64,000 nucleotides of DNA from Tubiluchus corallicola (GCA_030141605.1 JAQGDQ010000176.1:372001-436000), one strand, 5' to 3'; counted from the stretch's first letter, positions 27,601-43,713 are shown. The notes: generated from the letters alone by a model not told the origin. Translations and numbers: made by a program.

Positions 27601-30600
27601 GCCAAGCACTGTTTTATGAGAATTAGTAAATTAAACTTTTTTGATTTCTTTTTTTATTAATTCAATTTAGATATTAATGTTTTTAAATAACTGTATAGGA
27701 ATTTAGGCATTAATTCATGTCTAAAATTCATTAAAAGCCTTTGCAGTGCATGATTGAGTTGATGATTCATACTTCTATATTAGTAATACTACACCTTGTA
27801 GATTAATTGGGTCAAAACACTTCCGTCCCAAAGTAAATCTGCTAAGAGGCACCTATTGTATAATTAAAATGGTATCAGTAAAAAAACATTAAAATTTTTC
27901 TTTATAGAAACAAAACGATGGACATCATTGGACAACGAGGGTGGTCCATCAGACAGAGACAAATTGACATCTGCATCTATTGGAAACAAAATTTACTTCT
28001 TTGGAGGGTTTGGTCCAAAGCAGTTGGATTTGTCTTTATCAGAAGCAGAGTCTTTTGCAAATGGGGGTGACATCATTGATGAAGATGATGAAAATGAGGA
28101 GTGGGAAGAAGAGGATGCTCCTATGGCTGAGTTTGGATGGTTTAATAGCATGTTTGTTTATGATACAGGTTTGTTGCATTTATTTTTACCATATAGTATT
28201 TTGCAATGTGTGTGAAGTATTGAAAATATTAAAATTTGATAAACGTTTTGATCTCTGTTGTGAGTTATGTAGTTTATTTGGTAAAGTGCTGAATTTTTAA
28301 ACTTGTTCATTTATTCTAAATCATCTATGTTTATTTTCAAGAACTCTTACCAAAGCTGCTGAAAAATTTTCACATTCATGTACAACTCTTTATAGAGCTC
28401 AAATCTAAATAAAAGAGATGTACTAGTTGCTTGTTGCTATTGTTTTCGGCTTTTTATGAATTGCAAATTTTTATGGTGTTTCTGCTTTTTGAAACTTATC
28501 CTCTTATTGCAGTTAGCTGTTTATTTTTTCTGTAGAGTCATGTAAGTGGTCAACGGTGCTAAAAGAAGAAGGTACACCTGCTCCAAGAGCTGGTCATTCA
28601 ATGTGCGCTGTCGATAAATACTTGATTGTGTTTGGAGGAAGAGATCCTTACACTAGGCAAAATGACATTCACATATTTGACACAGGTTGAAATTAATTTA
28701 TGGCAGTTTACAAGTTAGAATATGAAACTTAATTTGTGAATCTTTAACATGAAACTGTGCATCGCTCTTGCAATAAAACTTTTTAGCACTAGTTTTAAAA
28801 TTATTAGTTTTTGTTATTTGCATTATGGGCTGATGTCTTGTAAGGTCCTTGAATCTTATACAAAATAGGAGCTTGAAGTTTTTATTAAGAATTATCAATT
28901 GTTTTGCATTAAAACAAAAACTATATGTTCGTAAATAACATTTTTGTATTAAACAATAACGGTCACTGACAGTTAATATTTATAGAGACTAAACAATGTG
29001 TAACTGTAATATCTGAATGTTTTTTATGTTCTGAAATTTGACGCCTTTTATGCTTAACTACTATGTCTTTGCAACAGCATTTGCATAAATTGCGTAATAA
29101 AACTTTCCTAACACTAGCTGTAAAGTATTGGTTTTTGTCATTTGAGTTACTTGGCTGATGTAGTGCAAGATCCTTGATTCTAGAAAAATGCGCAAAAGGG
29201 AATAAACTTCAGAATGCAAAACTTTTAGATGTTCCAACTGTGATGGCTTTTTAAACATTAACTGCATATGACTTGTTTTAGTGTATTGTTATTGTCTATT
29301 TGGATTTTTTCAGATATGTATAACTATAAAATGCTATTTTTTAACGTAGTTTCCGTAGTGAGGACTAGCTTTTTGGCATATGCTTGTGTTGAGAAATTCA
29401 CCAATATGGCATATTCTCAAGGCATAGTGTCTTTACTTTATAACAACCTTGTTACCTGAAGCTACCCTGGCAAACTGATTGCACTTCACTAATGAGTGAA
29501 CACGCACCTATTTTCTTGAAATGAGTTTCTTAATAGGCCACTTAATTATTCATGCTAGTTAGGCTTCCTTCTTAGTCTGAACTGGGCCAATTGTATTGAG
29601 TTAGCATAGTGTCTCTAGCCCAGTGCTATGTTACCTCCAATGTTCTTTATTGAGGATAATCTATAGGCTCAGTTTATAAGGTACATTATGACTCTACCTT
29701 GTCTTTTAATGTGATAAAACATTTATTGTATAAATATGTGATGCATAGTTCTCATTACATTATGTAGTGACCCGTATGTACTAAAACGTAGGCTGTTTAG
29801 CATAATAATGTAGTAGGACTTATTTTCTCTTTTTACTAAAGTAACTACTGTCCTATATATATATAGGATAGTAGTTACTTCAGATATTACTTAGATATAT
29901 ATATCTTTGTCATTGTTTTATTGTATGTACCACGTGAACATAATATTTATGACAACTAACCACTTTTCCAGCACCATATTACTAACAATAACGTTCACGT
30001 GAAATAATATCTTAGATTTTTTATTAGATTCAATGAAGTGGATCTTTCCATTGATTCCTTTGGGATTACTACCAGAAGCTCGTTCATTTCATTCAGCTGC
30101 TGTGTGTGGACGCAGGATGATGGTCTTCGGTGGTCGCAATGCTGAAAACATTCATATGAATGATTTGCACATTTTTGACTTAGGTATACTTACGTTGTTA
30201 AATGCACCATCCTTGAGTTCCAAATAGGAAGCGGTTTATTTGTCGTTAACTTGTACTATATTATATATATTTGTAAGTGTTCTTACTCTCTTTAGAGATA
30301 GCATTGAATGCTTTTTATGCTATCTTGGCAAAGGTAGTGTTACAAACTATTCTATAAATGTCACATATTGTAGTATTGGAGAATTATATTATCGAGAGGC
30401 ATATTAATACATGATTGAAGTGTATGTACTCATAGTATAATAAAGTAGTTCTTAGCTCTGGGCATCCTTACTCTGCATTGTTCCATTACTTTAAAATCTA
30501 TCTTGCTAATGATTGCTTAGATAAGCATTCGTTACTTTCCTGAGTTGTGTAATCCATTCAAGTAGCTTAATCAGAAATATGAATTTTTTTAAAATGATGA

Positions 30601-33144
30601 TCCCTTTGAGTATAAAACAACAGCTTATTTTGGACTTCCATTTAAGTAGTGCAAAATGCTACTAAAATGGCGATTCATTTAAGCGTGAACGAACAACTTG
30701 GTGATAATCATTAACTGCCATTTACTGCGTTAAAGTGTGCAGTTACAGTTGCTGTTTTTCGTTGTTTACTATTTGAAATTTGAAGACTAAGAGCAGTTGC
30801 ATTCGAGTTTAAGAAAGTTATCATTGTATTTTCATTGGCTTTGGAAGCATTTTTTAATACACAGTTACGCATCCTGTCGCTAAATTTGTCACAACTTTGC
30901 TATCCACTACTTGACCCTACTATCATCAATAATCTGCTGAGATTTTATGAAGCTGCAGCAGGCATAAAATCTACAAATTTATTTATTATTTTAGTAGAAA
31001 CTAGTCTTAATTTTAAACTCTCATTTTTGTTGACAGGATGATTGAATTACAATTTCCTGGCATTCTAAATTGTTTTGCATTCACTGAAAACATGTTTAAA
31101 ATTGATTATAGATACAAGGCAGTGGTTGCAGCCATCTATAGTTGGAGAACACCCAGAACCAATGGGTATGCATGCTATCACGGCAACGACAAAGAATGTA
31201 ATTGTCTTCGGTGGGGCATCTAACATAGATCCAGATTCTCAACAGTGCACAAAGTTTCATGGAAATACCTTTTTAATTAAAACTGGTACTTAACAGTAAC
31301 GTACTAAAGCAAAGTCAATCATTTTCCAATATTTTACGTGTGTGGTTTGAGCTAATTTTTCGTATCATGGTGTTTTTAGTGGTTTTGTACTTTAGTACTA
31401 CAGTAGATTTGTACTTTTCTACTGTAGTATAAACAGGAATAAAGTGTGCACAAATTTGTGAAAATTGATTTTCTAACACTACCTCACAGCAACTGAGTTG
31501 ATTTTTTGGTTAATGAGTTGATTTTAACTAAAATTCATAAAGAATGATAAGAAATAGATTTGACTGACAACATGTATCAATCGATTTCATTTTGCCATCT
31601 GAAACAAATTTTTCTGAATGAATTTAACTTCATAGTAACCTGTTAATAAGCCCTCGATATTTATAGGTTATTATGCACATTTACACCATTCTTAAACTTG
31701 AAATCCAATTTTTTTATAAGGACAGCATATGATACCATGTCTTCTCATCTATAAATGACCAATATATTTCTATTTAGAATTAGCAGTACAGCAATTCTTT
31801 TGCTGTTTTTGAAGTCCATTTCTACTCTTTGATATTCTCCTCCAACAAGTGACTGCAAGAAAATGGCATATTTTATTGCAAGCAATTTATGCTTTTATTA
31901 ATAGAAGTAGGGTTAAGGTACACAAATGAAAAGCTTCACTTTGTCGAAGCAAACCCGAATATATAATAACAATATATGAATAAAATCTTGCAATAGAAAA
32001 ACTTCTTTAACAAGCAGCAAGGTTTTGACTATACACTGGTAATTATCAATGATGTAGCTGAGCTGATGTTACAGCTGAAACACTGCTTAACATTCAGCTG
32101 AAACAGTGCATCGTATAAACAAAGATAATTATTTCTGGATATTTTTAATACAAGTTTTTTATTTTTATTTTTTTCTGTTTGCTGACTCTTTAGAAGTTTA
32201 GGCAGTGACAGGCCACAAATTTAATTCAGCATATACTGTATGCAATAAAGTTCCCATTATAAGCAAAATGAAAGTGTTTACATTTTACAATGTTATTGTA
32301 ATACCATTCTGATTTCTTATGTGGTAGACGCAAAAAACTTGCCTTTCACTTTCTTTTCCTTTCAAGGCTTAATGGCATTACTAAGCTTATTTATATCTAG
32401 GTTCATATACGAGTTTTATCAGCCTAGAAATTATGTACTGTAATTTAAAATACAACCTACCACAGAATCTTCTACAATATGGTACAAAAACTAATGTATT
32501 GTTGAATGTAAATTTGTTTTTAGCATAATGTGAAAGGAGTTTTGCAGAAAATAATACTGATCACATTGAAATAAATATTTGTAAGCTAGGTTAAGTACAT
32601 AATTTATCTGCAGGTATGTTCGAGTGACAGTAGTGTGACATATTAATTTATTTGCATCGTACGCTGTCTGTATGATTCCTCATAAACTATTATTATTGTT
32701 ATTATTATTATTATTATTATGCATGGGCATTTTCATACTAACTTGACATTTTAAGGTTGCAGCTTATTCTTGTGTTTTATGGTACAAGATTGATTCCTGA
32801 ACTCCTAGAAAACAGTTTTGTTGAGAATATATAACAGAAAATTGTGCATGTCATTCATTCACACATTGAGTATTCTCAGCATCAAACAAACATACTAAAC
32901 TGCTTTATGTTCTATATATAAATCTCTAAGGTGGAACAGAAGTATGTTATCATTAAAACTGCTAACCCTACAGGTAAATACCGGCAGATGTACTTTAAAA
33001 ATGATAGTACTAGTGAGTGGGGATTTGCAGTTCTTCGGTTTGTTTTTCTCTGTTTTTTTATGTTTGTACTTTTTGATTACAGAGGACATATTAAATGGAG
33101 GCGCTATTAAACCTTCTGCGGGTGGAGATGTTGAGGCACAGTAA
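24665..33144 (+). CDS. Kelch domain-containing protein (KLHDC1/2-like six-bladed beta-propeller), 391 aa
   Basis: Exons 24665-24707, 26129-26302, 26646-26801, 27908-28168, 28536-28685, 30028-30183, 31112-31285 and 33083-33144 total 1176 nt with an open frame. There are six FGG-containing kelch repeats. PSDRDKL..IYFFGGFG resembles KLHDC1/2. The protein starts MGNENS. Confidence 0.9.
27084..27858 (-). mobile_element. pogo/Tigger-like MITE, family A copy 2 (kelch intron 3)
   Basis: TA|CAGCAGGCGCCGTTTATCAGA ... TCTGCTAAGAGGCACCTATTG|TA. The interior is the reverse complement of 8202-9134, for example TACCCAAGAATTTCTGGAAGCTAAAC. Confidence 0.85.
29839..29880. repeat. 42-bp near-perfect palindrome
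   Basis: AAGTAACTACTGTCCTATATA-TATATAGGATAGTAGTTACTT, with one G/T mismatch. Confidence 0.9.
32688..32720. repeat. (ATT)n microsatellite
   Basis: tattattattgttattattattattattattat. Confidence 0.9.
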
Positions 33145-33596
33145 AAGACTCATTATTAGCAACTGTAAGTAGGAAAACCACATCATGAAATGGGTGTGCT
33201 TTGTAGAAACATTTCCTTGTTTTGAACATCCAAAATGTACTGCTTCCTGTACCATTTTGTGGATCTATTTCCTCAGTAATAAAAAAATGTGCAGGTATTA
33301 AAGGAAAAAATTATAGATCTTAACTAGTTTTAACTTTCCTAGTCCCATTAATGTCCAGAAACATGTTTCCTTGTTTTTTGCCTCAAACCCAATTAATGCT
33401 TCATTTTTAATTGTAACTGAATAGGATAACTAATTACTTTTGATTATTTTTTGAGAATCTTTTTGACAAAAAAGTTGCTTTAGAACATTATGCTTTTTGT
33501 GTTGATCGCGTCACGATCAATAATTATCAATAAGTATGCAGCATTCGTGTTAAATGTGACGGTTTGGTATGATTATCCAGTTTATCTACAGTTGTA

Positions 33597-34187
33597 CAGC
33601 AGTCGCAGCTTAGTAAAAACATGGATAATAAAACCAGCCACAAATCTTAAAGCCAGTTAGGCATGGTCCAGTTTTACCCCTTGACAATCTATTATTAAGA
33701 AAATTCTATTAGTAAAAACCAGTGTGCTGTTTAACACGACCACGTTTTTCATTAATAGGTGACAAATGTAAAAATAAAATATATTTCTAATGGTTTGTCT
33801 ATTTTTAAGATGCGCAGTTAAAATAAATTTAAGTCACATTTCCTAATTTCACCTCTTCTTAGTCAGAGTCACATTTGGTGAAAGTTAAACTCGATTGTTT
33901 GATCATATCTGTTGTAAATGTACAACTGCTAAAATACATTTTAGTCGATTGAATGAACTTGATTCACTATTGTATGCTTGAGTCATTCTATAGGCATAGG
34001 CATGCATGTGAGCTGGCTGCCCCATGTTTAATTTTCATACAATGTTAATTAGGGTGAGGCATTTACATACTGTATAATTTGCCAAATACATGCACTCTTA
34101 ACATGCAGCTGCATAATAATAAAACCTTTGTTTATTAAGACCACTTATTGCTGGACCCTTGGTCGTTTTATTGAGTGGCAACTACTG
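33597..34187. mobile_element. Old degenerate pogo-like MITE
   Basis: TA|CAGCAGTCGCAGCTTAGTAAAA versus the right-end reverse complement TA|CAGTAGTTGCCACTCAATAAAA. Confidence 0.5.
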
Positions 34188-35414
34188 TATCATGTTTACT
34201 AAAATTGTGAGGTGCACCTCTTTATTGTTTTCCTTCAAAGTTTGAGGAAATTATAACTACAACTAGCAGAATGACCAGCTAATGAAGAATTATGAATGGC
34301 ACCAAATTTTTAAAGGAAATGCAATTTCAAATGTGGTGTAAGAAAATACTATTAGATTCTTCTTGAAACTTCAGTTGTTATCTTTTGCATCAGAAATTGA
34401 GAAGCATTCCACTGCATTTACGGCAACCCTGTGTGTAAAGACTAGTCAAGCATAGAATTTTAGGTATAACCTTCTTTTCCCCTTTATGTCGCCAATGCAA
34501 ATAGTAGCCCTTGTGACATAAACTTCTTGATCATCTGTTTCATGAATTGTTAGCTCAGCACTCACTTACTATGGACAGTCAAGTTTATGGTATAACCTAC
34601 GTAAAATTTGTGATCTTTGATTTGTAAAAGTTTCGTTATGCACCCACAAGTCCAGCTTGATTTCGACAGCCGTAATCTGGTCTTTCTATTATAAAACTTA
34701 GCTTAATTAGTCATAATTTACTTGTTCGTACAATATTATATTAATAGTGAAACATAAGAGCTAGATAAGTGAAACATATTACGTTCTGGTATCATTTAGC
34801 CATTTCATAGAAGTGCTTAAAGAATGTTAAAGTTGTTTAAAAATGGCACAGACTTAAAAATTATAATTTGATAATCAGATTAATTAATATTAATCTGAAA
34901 ATTGTCTTTAATGTAGTAACAGCAATACTATGAAGTGCAAGATCCTGTTAAAGTATGTTAAGGCTAATAACTTGAACATGAAAGAAGAAAATTAATACAG
35001 AGAATACTTATAATATTATTATACAAAAAAATAAAGATTATATTTATCTATGGTCATGTATTAAGTAACTCATTGATCGATCATCTTGTAATAGTTTTAT
35101 GCCTCTTGAACTGAAAACAAAGTATGAATAGTAGTAATGTGTTACTTACTAAAAGCCACATAGCTTATTGGAGTAGTTGGATAAGTGTTGGAGACACAGA
35201 CATTCTTTCCAAATTATTTCTTGCTACATTTTCTTCTGAAATTTCATTTTACTTTCGTTGAGTGAAGGTAGTTTCATGAAAGTGTAGAATATTTTTCGAG
35301 ATTTTTTTTTTCTTCATTTAGCGGTGATGATTGTTGCTTTCACTATTTTGTTACAAAGTTTATCTGCATGTATTTTACGTGTTCATGTAAATGTATCGGA
35401 CGATTATGCTTTTG

Positions 35415-35500
35415 TGTGACAGATGGCGCTAAATACAAGTCACGTGTTGTTTGTGGCTAAGGACTAAACGGTTAAGCCGACAACTGATAAGTTGGTCTTT
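35415..35500 (+). promoter_or_regulatory. Putative PEPCK proximal promoter
   Basis: GATGGCGC (YY1-like), E-box GTCACGTG (35439-35446) and TGATAAG lie 100-170 bp upstream of the ATG. Confidence 0.4.
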
Positions 35501-35586
35501 TTGGAGGCCGTTTGCTGTAGGACCGGTCGAGGGTTGCATTTTGCTTGCACATGCAGTTAGACCTAGTTTAAAAATTATAAAGCAAC

Positions 35587-37497
35587 ATGGTATTTTTGTG
35601 CAGACATCTAATTAGAAAATGCTCACCACTGAGCTTTGCAGGGTGGAACAATTTCGCCAGGTGCTTCAGCGTGATTCACGGCGATGCAGCTCAACTTCAA
35701 CCCAAGGTAAAAGCATTTTTAGAAAATAGCGTCAATCTTTGCAATCCTGATAATGTTCACATATGTGATGGTACTCAACCTGAGTTGGATCATCTTCTTG
35801 ACATAATGCAGAAGGCTGGTATGATAAAAAAGTTAAAAAAATACGAAAATTGTTGGCTGACACTCACTGATCCAGCTGATGTTGCTAGGGTTGAAAGCAA
35901 AACCTTTGTCATCACTAAAGACCAGCGTGACACGGTGCCAATTCCACGCCCTGGAGTGAAGGGCGTTGTAGGAAATTGGATGTCACCAGATGACTTCCAA
36001 AAAGCATATGATGAAAGGTTTCCTGGTTGCATGAAAGGTCGCACTATGTATCTGATCCCTTTCAGTATGGGGCCTATTGGTTCACCACTTGCAAAGACAG
36101 GCATTCAGCTGACTGATTCTCCATATGTTGTTGCTGCTATGCGCATTATGACTAGAATGGGAACACATGCTCTTACTGCACTTGGAGATGGCGATTTTGT
36201 CAAATGTTTACATTCTGTTGGTCATCCGTTGCCTTCTGATCGGCCCATTGTTAAGAACTGGCCGTGTAATCCCGAAAAAACCATCATTACACATATACCG
36301 GCTGAAAACAAAATTGCGTCATTTGGCAGTGGCTATGGAGGTAACTCTTTGCTTGGAAAGAAATGCATCTCTTTACGACTTGGATCCATTATTGCAAGAA
36401 ACGAAGGTTGGCTTGCAGAACACATGCTCATATTAGGAATCACAAATCCCCAAGGCATCAAAAAATATGTGGCTGCAGCTTTTCCAAGTGCTTGTGGAAA
36501 GACAAATTTAGCTATGATGGAACCAAGCATGCCAGGATTTAAGGTCGAGTGTGTGGGAGATGACATAGCATGGATGAAATTTGATGCCGAGGGAACACTT
36601 CGTGCCATCAACCCAGAAACTGGATTTTTTGGCGTGGCTCCAGGAACGTCTGATGCAACTAATCCCAATGCCATGCGCACAGTAGAGAGAAACACTATTT
36701 TCACAAATACTGCTGAGACAGAAGATGGTGGTGTTTATTGGGAAGGTCTTGAAAAGTATACTCCTAAAGATCTGAAGATAACGGACTGGCATGGAAATCC
36801 ATGGTCAAGAGACAGTGGCAAACCGGCATCACATCCCAATTCTCGCTTTTGTACACCTGCTGGACAATGCCCAGTCATTGATCCTACCTGGGAAGATCCT
36901 AAAGGTGTTCCTATTGATGCACTTATATTTGGTGGTCGACGACCAGAAGGTGTGCCTCTTGTATTTGAAGCCTTTAATTGGCAACACGGTGTATTTATTG
37001 GAGCTGCAATGAAGTCAGAGGCGACTGCGGCTGCAGAACACAAGGGTAAAGTCATTATGCATGATCCATTCGCCATGCGCCCATTTTTTGGATACAATTT
37101 CGGACATTACATGAAGCATTGGTTATCCATGGAAAAACGAGGGAAAGTGCCAAAAATTTTCCATGTCAACTGGTTCCGTAAAAATGCTGATGGAAAATTC
37201 ATTTGGCCTGGTTTTGGCGAAAATTCACGTGTGCTAGATTGGATCGTCCGTCGATGTGCTGGTGAAGACATTGCTGATTCCACTGCTATTGGTTACATAC
37301 CAAAACCTGGAACGATCAACATGCAAGGAGCAGAAGAAGGTGTTGACATGAAGGCTCTTTTTGATCTCCCGAAAGATTTCTGGCAAGAAGAGGTGAAGGA
37401 GTTGCACAAATACTTTGATGATCAAGTCAATGATGATATGCCACCAGAAGTTATCAATCAACTCAATTCTCTCGGTGAACGTGTGGAAAAAATGTAA
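35587..37497 (+). CDS. PCK2: Phosphoenolpyruvate carboxykinase (GTP), probably mitochondrial, intronless CDS
   Basis: 636-aa ORF with [31 protein letters not shown], the P-loop [28 protein letters not shown] and [10 protein letters not shown]. The Arg-rich, acid-free N-terminus resembles a transit peptide. AATAAA at 38025. Confidence 0.97.
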   Translation: MVFLCRHLIRKCSPLSFAGWNNFARCFSVIHGDAAQLQPKVKAFLENSVNLCNPDNVHICDGTQPELDHLLDIMQKAGMIKKLKKYENCWLTLTDPADVARVESKTFVITKDQRDTVPIPRPGVKGVVGNWMSPDDFQKAYDERFPGCMKGRTMYLIPFSMGPIGSPLAKTGIQLTDSPYVVAAMRIMTRMGTHALTALGDGDFVKCLHSVGHPLPSDRPIVKNWPCNPEKTIITHIPAENKIASFGSGYGGNSLLGKKCISLRLGSIIARNEGWLAEHMLILGITNPQGIKKYVAAAFPSACGKTNLAMMEPSMPGFKVECVGDDIAWMKFDAEGTLRAINPETGFFGVAPGTSDATNPNAMRTVERNTIFTNTAETEDGGVYWEGLEKYTPKDLKITDWHGNPWSRDSGKPASHPNSRFCTPAGQCPVIDPTWEDPKGVPIDALIFGGRRPEGVPLVFEAFNWQHGVFIGAAMKSEATAAAEHKGKVIMHDPFAMRPFFGYNFGHYMKHWLSMEKRGKVPKIFHVNWFRKNADGKFIWPGFGENSRVLDWIVRRCAGEDIADSTAIGYIPKPGTINMQGAEEGVDMKALFDLPKDFWQEEVKELHKYFDDQVNDDMPPEVINQLNSLGERVEKM

Positions 37498-40122
37498 TCT
37501 TGTAAGTGGTGTGTGTACTAAAAAGCGATTGTTTACTACCTGTTGTTTAAATAACGTGCATCAATTTCTTAAACCGATAAAATTTCTAAATGACTACTTT
37601 AAAAAAAAACCAATATTAGTAACATTTCATTGGGTTCCGACGTACATTTGTTTAGTAGTCAATATGGTATTCCTAATATTTAGTGTGGACAATTATATTG
37701 TGAAATTTTCTCAGTCTTTATTGTGAAGGTTTTTACACTGCATTATGAACTTTCATTATTAGTAACTTGTAGTGTGACACATTACATTCGAGGCATGAAA
37801 TTGATTTGAAAAGGTTTGGAATATTTTAACTTGTTTATCCCTTGGTCTGTTGCACTTTTGATTGTAGTTGTTATGTGTTTACTAAGAATTTGTAGCTGTA
37901 GACTTCATTAGGTAGATATGTACTTCTCATCATGAGGAAAGATTTGCTCAGTTAACTTTAATTATTGTACAGTTTCTGATTTCACCTGTATTATTGGTAT
38001 AACTTGAACCATACTAAGATGTTAAATAAATCTTCTACATTGTACCCATTTAACTATTTCAATTTTTAACTTACTACTATGAATTTTATAGACTGACAGA
38101 TTTACCGGACACTGTCCTCAACATTTTACAACTTACTGTAGTGTTTATTTTGTTTATAAAGTTCTGTAAGTTGTTTACCTGTTAATGTGCAGAGCAACAG
38201 GAAATCATGCAGTTCAAGATCAATATCTATGCTGGCACTATTAACTCTTTAATGTGATCAGTAAAAGTTTTGTTGTTGTACAATGTGTTTTGTAACTATT
38301 GATGGTTTTGCTCATATTACCTGTTTTTAAACCAAACTCAGAAACACTGACATAATTAAAGCAAATTACTACTGCAGTGTACTTTCAACAAAATGACCAT
38401 TATATTTGAGAATATTGGCAAGTTGTGGTACATTAACAAATTGTATGTATGTTGCCACATGTATGATTCTGATCTGGTAAGTTGGTAACTTCAGATCATG
38501 TATTAAGCGTTCAACCTGTAAATTTTGTATCTATGAATAGAATGTTATTTGATATTAAACAAGTTGTGTAGTTGACTCCTTGTTTGTCACCTTTATGTAT
38601 TTACCTACGGCAAAGACGTCATCACTTACTAACTTTCTCTGTGGTCAAACTCCAAAGTTTGCAGGAGATGCGTTGTTAACTTTGTGATAGCTTATTTAAA
38701 CAACTTTTAGCTTGGTTAAAGTATTATCACCGTAACAGGTAGTCACAGACTTCTGTAAGACTCAGAAATCACCTATTTAACAGGCTTTCGTTGTACTAAA
38801 AATTTGGAGGTTTCTGAAATTCTATTTTTATTTATTTTTTAAGCTTGTGCAAAAACATTATTGGCATTTTGAGACAATTGCCAGAACTATTTTAGTGTAA
38901 AGTTTAACTTGTTTAAGTTTAAGTTGACCTTGTTTGGATTCAAGCGCAACACTAAATCCAGTATTCAATGGCGGGTGCTTCAGTGTGAAGACCAAAACCT
39001 GATCAATCATTATCAAGACTTGTAGCTCTAATGTGAGACACTGAACTAGCAAAGATAAACAGCTCAATTTGGCCCAGGGCGAGTATTGAGCCCAACAATC
39101 ACACATCCATTCACTGGCCAGGCTCAGTACCTTTCTCAACTACAATCTTCAAGCACATACTATGACGACTTTGCTATTCTTGTCGCTTCGCCTTCTTATT
39201 ACAATAAAGCTGACATTACAAATATTTCCAAGTGGAACTTGGCATCCTGCTGTTAACGTCAATGTTTTTTTTTACTGCAGCCTGCAGATAGCTATTTACT
39301 TAGCCTGGCAAAAAGTTAGCCCATATCATCATTGATTTTTTTTTATTAACTGCAATGTGCTCGTTTAAGCTAGAATCTAGATAAGTCCAGCTAAAAAATG
39401 TTTTCCTGCCTGAAGGTGTACAATTTTTAATCAGCGAGGTAAAAGAGCAACCCATGCACTGTTTCATTATTTTTGCTAGGAAATGAGTCGTAACGTTGAA
39501 TAACTCCAAAGTTACAGCACCTAGAGTCACGAAATCTGCACGGCAGATACAGGTGTAAGGGCTCAGAAATTATATGGTTAAAAAGCTGGGATTGTTCAAG
39601 GGACCAAAATGTGAAATTTAGAACAACTGCTCAGTCAGTGAACTGCGCTGGACCAGGCAGAGTCAAGTAAACGAGCACTGTGTACACCAGTCAGTCATAC
39701 ATAAGCATAATAATCTCGAAACAAGACAGATAACTACATTGTAGTGAAGCTTGCCATGTGCTAAGAGTTTATGTCTAGTATGATTATGTAATGGGCCACT
39801 GTGAACAAGTGTGTTGTAGTTGAGAAAATCTTAATGAGCCGACATGGCACATTATCGCCCCATCTCAAAATAGCTCAGAAACATCATTACTAAGAGTTTA
39901 TTTTTCCAATGCACGCTTTTCAAATCTGTTTTTGGAACAGGTTTTTGCCCAGTAAAACTTTCTTAAATCGTCTGATCTTAAATTCAGAAAAGCCATTCTG
40001 AATGTACGTGATTTTTAGTAAACCAAAAAATGATTTGTTTCTTCTTTCCAATGACACTTCTCTTAATTATTAGTTTATGATTAACATATTCAGTCTAGTG
40101 TGTGGGTAGCTTACATGACTTA

Positions 40123-40538
40123 GGCTGCGTTTCCATTGCGTCCGCACAGACACAGATTTAGGCCACGTTTCCCCTGCATCCACACGGACACGGATTTGTT
40201 CTGTATGACTCACACGGAAAAATTGAAGGAAAGCATTGTTTTACGTCCTTTAATTGTTTAACCATTTTTTCTGCGGACGGACTAGTTCATTTTCATAATG
40301 GAGAACGAACAAATTGCGTCCGCTGTAGAGATTTGTACGACAAAAGTAATCCCAAATACAGTCAGAGAGATTTTATAAAGCAAGGTGGGCTCAAGTAGCG
40401 CAAGATTCGTAAGGTTGCAGGCTACATTTTCATATTTTGCGCATTTATGAGGCGTTGTACGGAATGAGTCCGGACCTAGTGAAAACAACTTTTGCGGACA
40501 AAACAGTGTGTTTGTGCGGACGCAGTGGAAACGCGGCC
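40123..40538. mobile_element. PIF/Harbinger (Tourist-like) MITE
   Basis: TTA|GGCTGCGTTTCCATTGCGTCCGCACAGACAC ... GTGTTTGTGCGGACGCAGTGGAAACGCGGCC|TTA gives ~31-bp TIRs and a TTA duplication. A second left-end copy follows at about 40161. Confidence 0.88.
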
Positions 40539-41193
40539 TTAACCTGTCATAGCCGATAAACAGAGATTTGACAAGAGGCGGAATAGTTGAGTGGATCAGA
40601 TTTTTATACTTGCCTGCCAGCAAAGTTAAAGTGTGTTAAGCCTGGTCAGTAAATGGACGAATTGCCACCTGAAAAACTGCTCTGATTATTTAACTCTCTG
40701 GGGAAAGATACATTGTATATTACACCAAAACTGTCGGTGCTGTTTCTCGGCTTTGTGGATTATCTCGGAAACTGCGACGACTTGGGTGTACAGCACAATC
40801 ATGTCACACAACTACATGTAGGTCCTCACTGAAATTTCTGACTTCATACAAAATTCAGAAAATTCTAGATAGTTAACTAGACAGGCCAACGACTACAGCA
40901 CAATGCTGCTTGAAACTTACAGGTTGGTTTAGCTGGACGTTGTACAAAAAAGTACTCTAACATAAAAATTTAAGGCAAATGCCGTTAGTGCATTGAAATT
41001 TTATTACACTACAAGAAGAACAATATTGAGAAGCAATAGTGTCGTGGTACTTAAAACGAATCATAGAACCAATATTAAAAATAAAATTACGATTATTATA
41101 TTCTCTAGCAAAGCTTTACAAACACAACATGGACTGCATTAGCAAGATTTGAAAAAAATTGAAAGAATATTACATATACAAAAAAGTTTAAAT

Positions 41194-43713
<2,520 letters not shown>

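Noticed and set aside
35790-37461. Several overlapping ORFs inside PEPCK
   Set aside because: They are antisense or alternative-frame shadows of a real CDS.
35587-37497. Horizontal transfer of PEPCK from bacteria
   Set aside because: The motifs are animal-type, there is a transit-peptide-like N-terminus and the codon usage is host-like. Lack of introns alone is insufficient.
38960-39230. Possible RTE-like LINE 3' remnant
   Set aside because: Too degenerate to support from motifs alone.
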